From the NCBI RefSeq assembly GCF_037042905.1, contig NC_087252.1:22694001-22758000 (forward strand): DNA of 64,000 nt, in the 5' to 3' direction. This DNA comes from Lytechinus pictus. Lineage: Eukaryota. Within the stretch, counting starts at the first letter, position 1. Each line of letters opens with the position of its first letter. Shown here in pieces: positions 1-11,400 of the stretch. Below the pieces are notes generated by a model that saw nothing but the letters and a program-made list of their open reading frames with translations, searched no databases and had not been told where the DNA came from. Made by a program: the position numbers and the translations under genes.

Positions 1-582
1 ATGTACCACCTGACACTTCACCATGTGATCGATGACATGACCACACCATGCAGGTTTTATCATCCATCACTTGATGTTCAAATGGTGTTATTGATCATGT
101 GACTGTACCATGCCAGGTTGTAGACATGAGACATTGCGTAGCTGAGGTTTTAACCATTCAAAGGATGTCCAGTTATCACCTGATACCCAGGTCATGTGAT
201 TGATCATGTGACTGAACCATTCCTGTGATTCCAGATCCTCTTTCATGTTGACCAATCTGTGAATGAAACATGTTTTTTACAGGGTATGTTGTGTAGAAAT
301 ATTCTACTTACTCAGAATTTGGAGATTAATAAATATTGATGATACAGGTGAACCTGCCCGAGTCGTATCACCTTGGACCAGAGAAATCTGTTTGATTTAC
401 GAGAAATTCCCCTCAGAAGAAGTGAATAGCAAGTGTGTTGCATAATCTGTGCCCCTCATTACAAATCTTAGCAGTTGGTCGTAGGGCTGGTTTTCAACTT
501 GGTTACATTCATCACGATGTGCAATCAAGTATTCGAATCAACAATACGATCAATTGTAAAAGATTTGTGCAACAGGGTCCAG

Positions 583-711
583 GGGCCCGTAACACAAAGC
601 TTAGCAATGATCATAGAACATTTTACTACGATTAATTGCATAGACTACAATGTACAATCAATCGTAGAAACCAAGCGTACTATTAATCGCTAACCTTTGT
701 GTTACGGGGCC
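583..711. mobile_element. Harbinger-type MITE with CAG TSD
   Basis: CAG|GGGCCCGTAACACAAAG...CTTTGTGTTACGGGGCC|CAG. Confidence 0.85.
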
Positions 712-2862
712 CAGGTCTGGAAAATTGCTTCAACCTCGACAATTATTCTACTGACAGAAGATCAACTTGAATATGCAGACCTAACTGTAACCATCAGGAT
801 TTTTTAGGCCAGTTTACGCTAAAGCAATAGACTTACATGTACAACAGAAAATGAATTATGTGCATGTTACATGATGTCATACATGAAGATGCTTCGATTT
901 ACAATTTTCTATTTTCTAACATGGTGGTCATTGCATTTGCAGTTATTGTATTATCTGTATCCTATAATGCTTTTTATAGGATGGGGGGTCTTCACATTTT
1001 AAGTTTTTCCTTTGAAAATATTCAACAATAAACTTTCAGTCGTGAGCCTGCCAAAAATAAAACATATCTTTCAATCATTTTTTTAATTACTTTACAACAC
1101 AACATGGCGTCAAAGGATTTCTCAGAATTTAAAAGCGTACATGTACATGCTTGTTTAGCCTCTAGTTTTTGGTAACTGAATGCATCTCTGATTAACATGA
1201 AACTACAAATCAAAGTATTTATACATAAAGATGCAATTATTTGAAAGTTCCAATGTACTTGTATTTCTTTTTTGTTTACTGTTGGCTTCATTTCAAAATT
1301 TGTCCAATAAGTGTTGTACAGTACATTACCAGATGTGTAAAGTGTACGATACAGAATGGCGGATATGCAATCATTTTTTTTTTCTTTGCAATTGCAGTGA
1401 TATTTTCTCCTGTTTGGTAAATGAAAAGAGAGTTTTGCACAAGCATGTAATGTTGGGAGTCTTAACAGTATTATGTGCTATTTTTCCTCGGGATATTTTC
1501 TACCTAGGTTTTGTAAATTGATATTACTTTTTTTTATTCATGGTCTTGCCAGTTTCTACTCTGTATTCAGTACAGTAAAATTGAAATCAAAATGTAATAT
1601 AGGATTTATATTTGTATATCGTTGTTGAAATCATTTATTTGTTTTCTTCAATATTTCAAATAATTTGACATGAATGCCATTTTGCTCTATTGGGTTTGTG
1701 AATTTTTAAGTAATAGGCCTCCTAATTAACAAATTCTCTGAAATATCAATTAAATTTTCTCAAGCTTAAAAGGTATATTTTGTTAATTACTTGCTGGCTA
1801 TTTTGTAGTTGATTAATGTTCTGTAAATGAAAGACACTGAAAGTATTCATCAGGAGCAAACAGAATTGATTTTCGGGAGTTTTTCACAGTGAGTAAAGTG
1901 TGACTTCAAATCACATTTAGGGTGCGTTTATGCGCCACTTTTTTACCCTAGAATCATGATTCTGCAGAATCACGATTGCATTTAATAGTCAGAAGTGAAA
2001 ATAGGTCTTTAAAATCACAAACATGAAACATGGAAAAAATTGGAAATACGTTTCTGTAGAATCACGAACGAAAAAGGTCGTATAAACAAAATTGTGATTT
2101 GAATAGTATTCTATGACATCACTGTATCGGGCTTCTTCTGGTTTGACTCTTGCCAAGCTCAAGGCATGCGCTATTATATGTGATATGCATGCCTTTCTTG
2201 TCACATGCATTTAACTTCAAGTTCTGTGATGATCATTGCACCGTCCACTGCTCTTTTTTTGTCATGGCTTTAACTTCCAGTTCTAGTTAATGAACTAACT
2301 GGAGAGACAATGATCTCAATTTGGCAGTGGATTTCTAACTAGTGGGTCTCGCGTGCTGCGACGCCACTTCTGGCGTACACAACACACGACTTCTATGGCT
2401 TGATTTTTCTGTGCGTGGCAGCATGTACAGTGTAATGAGTAACTATTATCCAGAGTTGTGAGAGTGCATCTTTTTAGCTAATTTCAGCTATTTTTGCTTT
2501 TGGTTTTCAGCTTAATTTCAGCGTTGTTTAGCTTTCCTTTGTACTGTGGGAGCTCTTTCAATTTCAGCTTTCTTCAACTCTTTTTTATTTGTGATCACTC
2601 ACATCCCAGGGGCCTGTTGCATAAAACTTTTTACCCAAGATAACTCTGGTAAAAACTGAAAACTAAGGTCAGTCTGATTTCTGCCATTGACTTTAACACA
2701 GGGCAAAAGCTCCGGTAAAAACAACCTGAGTTTTCTCAGGTAAAAAGTTTTATGCAATTTTTATACTTGCATAAATTTTAGATTTTGTCTGCATTGCTTG
2801 TGAGTAACAAACTTTAAAATCTATCAAAATTTGATTCAAGTCCAAGGAAACTTACATCCATT

Positions 2863-3174
2863 GGCTCATATTCTGAAGTCAGGTTTACATTAAACCCTGG
2901 TTTAAAGTTGTGGTTTAGCTATGGAGAGCCAATTGGAGCACAAATCCCTAACAGTACACATTCAATTTATTAACTCATATGACACCCAAATTGTTCATAA
3001 TTGTCTGGGAATGATAACTGAAGTATTTTTCTTCCTTATGAAAGCCAAAGGAAACATAGTTGTAAACATAAGAAATATGCAATATAAACATAATTTTTGA
3101 ACTTTTGGCTTCCCATAATTTTAGGACAGAGTAAGACCATGGTCTAAGTTAAACCTGACTTCAGAATATGAGCC
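2863..3174. mobile_element. MITE, diverged member of the same family
   Basis: ATT|GGCTCATATTCTGAAGTC...GACTTCAGAATATGAGCC|ATT. Confidence 0.82.
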
Positions 3175-3423
3175 ATTATGATAAAACAGGACAAACTTGG
3201 GTATCTCATTTAACATAACACAAGGACAGGTCACCATTGCTGGTAAAGTTGTACGTAACTTTAAAAACAGCTTTGTGAAACACCACCCATGGTTGTTAAA
3301 ATTCATATTATGCTTGTCAATCCATCCAAAATTAGATGAACATTCCATGATTTCAATTAGTTCTTTTTTCATACATTAATTGACCATTCCGTTTTATTTC
3401 AGTTGCAAGTTTCACATTTTCCA

Positions 3424-3650
3424 TATCATCATCATCATCACCACCATCATTACCACCATCATTATCACCATTATTATCATCATCATTATCATCATCACCA
3501 CCATCATCACCACCATTATCATCATCACCATTATTATCATCACCATTATCATCATCATCATCACCACCATTATCATCATCACCATCATCATCCCACCATC
3601 ATCACCATCATCATCACCACCATTATCATCATCATCACCGTCTTCACCAT
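3424..3650. repeat. (CAT/CAC/TAT)n trinucleotide microsatellite
   Basis: Visible directly; produces the spurious poly-His and poly-Ile ORFs. Confidence 0.97.
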
Positions 3651-4987
3651 CTGAACTTCATTCCAGTTGTCAAATTCTAAGTCTGTATAATGACTCTTGC
3701 ATACATGTATTTGTAACATGTCCTAGTTTTGAAGAGTACCATGTACCTATAAGGGGGTGTTGCAAGAAAATATTTGCAATCAATCGCACATATTCTGTCG
3801 CAATTTTACAATTGATTGATCACTTTTAACTACAGCAAATCAGATTACACTCCTTGTTTCATGGAGCAGATTAGCACAATCGCAAGTTTCTTGCAACGCC
3901 CCATAAGTCTTTGTCTATAATAGTGTACATCATGTCTTTATGTACTGTACAGTATGTAAAGTTCTATTACATAATTTATGTACTGTATTCGGTGTATCAG
4001 AAAAAAAAGGAAACCCAAATTTGATATCATTTCCTCAGAAAAATATACAACTAGAATTTGTAAAAATCGTAAACCTGTATTTCCAGAAAGGATTTTATTT
4101 ATAGTGCATTTGTGACGCTTTGAAGGTATGCACATTGACATGCATTGCACTGTTGTGTATGAGAGTGGAAAACCAATGAACAAAAATACAGTACAAAATA
4201 CAATCGATATTAGTTAAATAATCCAACAATTTTTCTCTCAAACCATTATGAAATTTGTGTTTCCTTTTTTTTCCGTACACACAATAGAATAACTTATACT
4301 TACATGTATAGAATCTAAATATTTATTTTGTGTCTATACTATATAGTTCTATGTTTTGATAGAAAATGGGGAGGGTGTTACACTTGCGTTGCCTTTTTTG
4401 CTGTATATTTTAGTGCTTTATTGTATATAAGTTTGCCACATCAAATACAAAAGTGAATAAAACATCACAAAAATGTTTTTAAAATAATCAAAGTGTAAGT
4501 CTCTTTTATTAGCATGTACATGAAGCTTATTTATTAAATGTCCATTGTATTTTAGTGTGACAGTATAAAGGTCAAGTCAATACTTAACAGCAAGACGATT
4601 TGAATAAAATAAGATGCAAAAAAAAGACATTTTCATTTTAGTGGAAGTGCACTCTTAGTCTCTAGTTACAATAGATTGGTTTTAATAAAAGTAGAAAAAA
4701 ATTAAAAGAAATATTGGTGAGGGCTCGATGAAATTCTGTCAGATCAACAGGGCTATGAATTTTTAGAAATTTAATTTCAACTTTTTGGTTAATGTGAACT
4801 TGACATATTTAGGGACAGTGATTTTCTGTTTTAAAACATGGTCTGTTCCTTTTTCTGAATACCTGCAAAACCATTTCAAACTTGATCAAAAATAGAAATT
4901 CCATTTTGTCATAGAACATGTGCACATCAAAAACACAAATTCTGTAAATTCATGAATTTTCATATGAAAATTAAAGAACCAAAGCAA

Positions 4988-5257
4988 GGCCCCATCTCAC
5001 AAAAGAGTTGCGAGTGATCTGATCAATCTCAAGTATGGAAAGCCAGCAACACCCACATCTGAAATGCATGTTGGTTCAAAATGTTTTCTAGATATAATGT
5101 ATTTCATACATTCATCGTTTTCTTGACAATCTGGTGTGATCGCCTTTGTTTACAAAGGACATTTTGCAAATTTTCTGTAGAAGGAATTATGACACTGATG
5201 GATTTCCATAGAGTTACGATTTATTGGATCAATCGTAACTCTTTGTAAGACGAAGCC
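4988..5257. mobile_element. MITE of the same family as 10487-10758, in the presumed CENATAC 3' UTR
   Basis: Shared internal sequence and TIRs; about 90 bp downstream of the CENATAC stop codon. Confidence 0.8.
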
Positions 5258-5348
5258 CAGATGTTCCATTTACAGGTAAACAGAAAGTCACTATCCCTGC
5301 TGCCACCAACTAGCTTTCAAAGTGACAAAATAGTATAATTTCCGAGTC

Positions 5349-5427
5349 TCAAGGTGGCTTGCTTTCCGTGTGGGGTGCTTTTCTCCTCTGTCTTCCTTCA
5401 TCTTTCTTCTCTTTCCTGTACTGGTGT
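5349..5427 (-). CDS. CENATAC: CENATAC exon 8, terminal ([25 protein letters not shown])
   Basis: Acceptor atatttgcag|; completes SRHQY; TGA at 5349-5351. Confidence 0.92.
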
Positions 5428-8400
5428 CTGCAAATATTCACAGAAAAAAAGAAAACAAAATGGTATGATTTAATAAGTCTCATAAACCTCTGAAATGAAT
5501 GCTCATGGCGTATGCAGACATCATGAGTGCTGAATAATGTCAGAATTCTGACTATCTTGCTCACAGGTCAGTTGTAAATTTAATCTAGGATTTCCCCCCC
5601 CAAAAAAAAAAAAAAAAATTATATATATGTAATAAATAAATAATAAGAATAAAAACAAATAAATATTTGGTATATATGAATAAATATGATTTTATTGGAT
5701 TTGCTTTAAAATTTTTTTTAGATTTTCACTTAATTTTGGTGATTCCAATTGATTGGACCAAAAAATGTTTGTTTTCTGTGAAATTCTTTAAATTCCTTGG
5801 GCTTCCTTTAATGATTTTTCTTTTCTGCATCGTGGAAAACTGGAAACTTCAGATAAGTGTAATCCTGTAAATATGACGCATAAATCAAATACATCATAAG
5901 AGGAATTAGAGTGTGAAGAAAATGTTATTAAGTTAAAATTGGATTTAAAGTCAAATCCATGCTTCTTTTATTTTACCTTGACTGCCACCTCCTTCCCGAG
6001 TTCCACACCCTGCCGAATGAAGGCAGCCATTCTTCGTTGGTCGGAGTCAAATGATCAAAATTGGCTCCGACTCGGTTTGGATTCAGCTTTTTCTTTTTCT
6101 CCCTCTTCACTGCAATATGAAATCAAAGCAAAATATTCTTGAAAGCACAACTATTATTAACCCTTTCCACACCTACTTCGCACCAATTCACATTTCACGC
6201 TCAAACAAACAATGCATTGTTTCCCTCTAAAAATAATTCAGCATATAGAGGGGTTCATGGCCCAGCACACAAAGAGTTAAGGAGTTTTTGCACCGCGATG
6301 CATGGCAGATTCAAGAACACAGATAATGTATTGAAAATGTCTGTCGAATGACAAACAACAGCTGGAGGTCTTTGTCGAAAACTGGTGAACCAGAACAGCA
6401 CTTTCGTCCTGTCTCAGAGCTGAGGAAAATTTGCAAATATGTTTATCGTTTTTCGTTTATCCAGGGTCCAGGAGGAAACTGCTGTTTTGATTCACCAATT
6501 TTCGACAAAGACTTCTTGATTGTTCTTTGTCATGAAGGGCTTATGACAATACATTTTCTATGTTTGAGAATCTGTCTTGCATCGTGGAGCGAAAACTCCC
6601 AATTGTTTTTACTGGCTTCGAAACCTAATCTGAGTTTATAAAGAAGATCCTGGGGGAGCTTTCTATCAACATTAGTCATTATGTCCGACAAGTTGTCACA
6701 TCTGGCAACCTTCCTTGATCTTGATTGGCTGAGAGGCACTGCTCCTATGGTAACTGTCAGATAAAAAAGGACTCGTCGGATAAAACGTCCGACAAGTCCT
6801 TTCATGAAACGCTCCCCAGATCATTTTATTGACAGCTCAAAACCTTGTGAGTTTCATGTTTTCTTAGCAATCTGGTAAAAAGCCACCACCACTTAATCTG
6901 AGTTTATAAATATGATCCTGGGGGCATTTCATCAACATTATTTCCGACAAGTTGTCAGATCTGACAACCTTTCTTGATCTTGATTGGCCGAGAGGCACTG
7001 TTCCTATGGTATCTGTCAGATTAAAAAGGACTCGTCGCATAAAATGTTCGACAAGTCCTTTCATGAAATGCTCCCCAGATCATATTATTGACAGCTCAAA
7101 ACCTTGTGAGTGAGGGAACCAATGGCAGGGGTAATAATTAAATGCAAAGTGCTTAGGAATTCCAGTATTACATGCCACATAAATGAAATCAATATTATCA
7201 TTTATTATCTGTCTCTCTCTTCTGTGATACAAAATCGAAGCAAAATATTGTTGAAAACACAAGTATTATATTCTTCCCTGGCTCTAACCTTAAAAACCTT
7301 ATCTGAGATCATACATATGATCCAGATCACATCATTGATAGCTCAAAACCTAGTGGATCAAATGACTGGGGTAATAATAATTACATGTAGACAGAGCTGC
7401 CAATACTTGGTAACGTTTCATAAAGACCTGTTATTATAACACACAATTTCTATACAAAATTTGCTAGAATGATTTTTCAGTAGATTTTTATCGCTATTGT
7501 GAATTTGTTATTATCACAAGATTTATAAAATAGACCCCTGATTTTCAGTATTTAGTACTGAAAAATGAGAATACTACTGATGGTTTTATGCAAAAAACTG
7601 ATTTCCAAAGTTTCAATAGTTGTCCAATGTCATTTTTTTATAAATACTAGTACTGATCTTCAGCTTCCATAACACTGAAATGGGCTTGTTCAGGTTAGCA
7701 GCTCTGTGTAAAGTGCCTTAAAATGTAAGTACATGTATTGAGAACTGATACAAAGTAAACTATTATAACAGTTTAGTATAAACCATATCAGACATCTGAG
7801 CAGGGCAACTTTAAAACATTGTTGCCTGCTTAAGACTGTGATCAAGTGGTCGGTCAATATTAAAGTTTCCAAGTGTTTATCCATGGACCCAATTCATTGC
7901 CCGCTCAGGAAAGTCTATGAGAAAATGCACATCCGGGTATTCTACACGTTTTTGTACGCGTCCTTGAACCGCGCAGTGCTATACATCACAATGTTAATCA
8001 AGTTGAGACAACGCTGGATACTGCGTCCCCAGGCCAGGGACGCGTCATTTCAATTACGTCACAATGGTAAAGTTCAGAGGCCCAATCTGCTCAACATGAC
8101 AAAAAAGATTCCCATTCTTGAACTCTAGAATATCTCAATTTTAACAATTTTTGCCCTAGATGTCTGATTTGCTTTAATAATAGCAATAAGGACGAAAGGA
8201 CGTATATCGCCCTCACTAAATTGAAATCTAGTTTGGGCGATATGTGTTGTATCGCCCCGAGGCCAGTCAATATTGCTTTATTATTATTCTTACGATGTTT
8301 GATGAAGTCATCTTCTACCGGTCCAATCACACTTGACGTCCCTGCATCATGAGAGTCTGCTGTTAGCCATGGGGGCGGGGCACCAGTGTGAATGTTGCCT

Positions 8401-11400
8401 TCAGTGGAAGCCTGCTTAGTCTATAAGATAAAAAGAAATGTGGTTGAAGTCAATAATAATAAGCAACATTTATACAGTGCTTAATACAATGTTTCTATGC
8501 GCTGCATACTATTACCCCAGCTTTAGCACGGCTACCCTGATCGGACGCTCGAGCATTCAAGGAATTCCTTCCTACCGGGTACATATTTACTACACCTGGG
8601 TGAAGAGTGGCAAATGTAGATAAATGCCTTGTCAAAGGATGCAAGTGATGGGGTGGGATTTGAACTTCGGACCTTTTGGTTCAAAGTCAGGAGACTAATG
8701 GCCACCGCACACCTTACGACCCAACTGGTCTGCGACTGGCCTGCGATTGAGTGGGGGAGATGTGACGTCACAGATCTTGTCAGCTTGATAGTTGCAGACC
8801 GGTCAGAGACAAGTCGCAAGGAAAATCGTAAGGATTTGACATGTCGAATCCTTATGACTGGATCGCAAGCTAAATCCAACTTCCAGCCAATCAGACAGCA
8901 GAGTTGCACCATGACGAAATACCTCCATTTGATTACACTATACCCCATTTTTTCTCAATGAATTCTGTTCTCCGAATACGAAAACCATACTGCCCCAGGC
9001 ATGCAATGTAATTATCAAAACACCTGTTTCTTGACCTCGGTCCGAAGATAACACAACATCCCGAGTGCGGTCCGGGAAAACATGTCGCCATTTTTTATTC
9101 ACTTACTTTCCTTATTTCGAGGTTGATTTTCTTCGTTTGAAATTGAAAATGGGCTAGCATTGAATTTCTGAATACAATATGCCTTTGAAAACGTGATTAA
9201 ATATCGAATACAATAATTTAATTCCGAAGGTCCTTCTACAGGCAGAGAAGACTTACGTAATACACAGCTGTTGTTTATCATTTTGTCCTTGGCTCAACGC
9301 TCATAATCTGGCCTGTGGGGATTACCTGGCCAAGCGGGGTTGATCAGGCGGGTGTTTCATAAAGCTGTTCGTAAGTTAAGAGCGACTGCATGGTGATCAT
9401 GTCTTGCGGTAAATGGTACAAACCATTGGCGATGATCACCAGTCGTTGTTAAAGTCGCTCTTAACTTACGAACAGCTTTATGAAACGACCCCCGGGGCTT
9501 GGAAATGATGTTTTAGATTTTCAAATGCAAAATGGGGTGAAATACCGCAGTTTGCCATCTGATCTGCGGTCCGTTTTCAAACGGGGGTAAGACGTAATGC
9601 GACGCGTATATGCGCGTACATATGCAGTAGTAAGTGCATTATCTCAGTTGCTATGGCAAAAAGCAAAAAGCGCATGCGTGAGTCGCAGACAGCGTGGTAG
9701 TCGGATCGCAAGGTGTGCGGTGTCGAGGCTTATGACTGCCTTGCGATTCATCTCTACTCAGTCAGTCGGCCTTTATCCACTGAGCCACATCACCTCTACC
9801 AAGGGCCACTATTCCATAGATAATGTATAAAATAAGTATAAAGCATGATAAAAGTATGTATGAAATATGTATGAAGTATTACAACTATTAAGTATGTATT
9901 CAGTAAGTACATAAAAAGTATTGCATTTAGTACATATAAAGTATGTATGAAGTATATATTGGAGATATGGACAAAGCTTTCAAGAAAAGGGTATGGGTCC
10001 ACAATAGCTTACATTTGTAGAAATGGATGTGAGTCCGCCTGATGAAATGACTCCTTTGGTTCGAACTCTCCCTAAGATCTGCACCCCTCTGAGGTTCTGC
10101 TGCTGCTGCTGGTCAGAAGTTCTATAAAAGGAAAGAAGATAAAAAGGACACATGCTACTGTGTATTAATCAATACAACTGCGCTGTATATATTGTGCCAT
10201 CAGCACCTACACCACAGTTATTTGAAGGGGAAGTTCACCGTGAAGTGTGAATTGTTTAAGAAAAAATATGTGTGAAGGCTTGAAGAAAATCTACTGAAAA
10301 ATAACAAGGTCATGAATATTCAACATGTGGATTTTGATACATCATTTGTGAGCTGCTCTCCCATATCCTAATGCATAATTTGGGTTTTTTTTCTTGAAAG
10401 AATAGATCTGTCTAACAGATGCATATATAATTGTGATTATATAACGTAAGCATACAATGTAGGTTAAGTAATTAGAGTTTGATCTGGGCCCCATCTTACA
10501 AAGAGTTACGATTGATCCAATCAATCGCAACTATGGATGGCCAGCAACGTCAACATCTATTATGCATGTTTGTTCAAAATATTTTCTAGCTATGATGTAT
10601 ATTCATGCATTCATTGTTTTCTTGAAAATTCACTGCGCGTCTCTTTGCATACAAAGGACATGGTGCAAGGTTTTTGTAGAAAAAAATTATGACACTGATG
10701 GATTTCCATAGAGTTACGATTTGATCGGATCAATCGTATATCTTTGTAAGACGAGGCCCTGATATCAATGTTACAATTGATTGCAATCAGTTGGAACCCT
10801 CTCTATTCACACAATGTACAAATGAGCTCAATTGATCGCAATATTGTTTTCAAAAATGGCAAATTTAAGGAATTTACATTAGGCCGAAACAACATGGGAG
10901 AGTTGGTTGCAAGTGACGTCAAAAAATCAAACTTTGATGTAACCATCTCCCTTTTTAGCTCCATGAATTAGCACTCACAACTACATTGTTCTTTTTGTGG
11001 ATTTTCTTTCCGTTGTCATTCATATTTGCCTTGTTTTTTCTGCTTTTTGAAAAACCAATTAATTTCCCTTGTAAACTTCCTCTCTCATTAAAACCAAATC
11101 AAAAACATAAATTGCTCTTATTTTAGCAGAGCTCGCCTTGATGTAATTCTACAGTTTTATTGTTCATAATGAAATAAAACACAACACACTGCTTCTATTT
11201 GATATTACAAGCCTTTATTTTGTAGTAACACTTTGCCAAGTTGTTGGCTGATTCTGGCTGAATCCAATCTACTTTCGATATAATGAGCAGGGATATAACG
11301 AGATTTCATTATAACAAGTCAATTTTTCCGGTACCAAATTTAAACATGTGTCTAAAATTTATGATGAGTATAACAAGATAATCAGCTTGGTCTCAAGCAC

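Larger units (their letters stand above)
8452..9797 (-). mobile_element. tRNA-derived SINE split by a ~1.07 kb insertion
   Basis: Minus strand: head GAGGTGATGTGGCTCAGTGGAT (A box, ~9797-9774) continues at ~8699 with TAGTCTCCTGACTTTGAACC...GTTCAAATCCC (B box), core CACCCAGGTGT and a (TTA)n tail near 8452. Confidence 0.75.

Noticed and set aside
263..445. Possible terminal coding exon of an upstream plus-strand gene (...REICLIYEKFPSEEVNSKCVA*)
   Set aside because: Acceptor is ambiguous and I recognise no homology; not supportable as a CDS.
3380..3829. Poly-Ile/Thr and poly-His ORFs
   Set aside because: Translations of a (CAT/CAC)n microsatellite; no splice or homology support.
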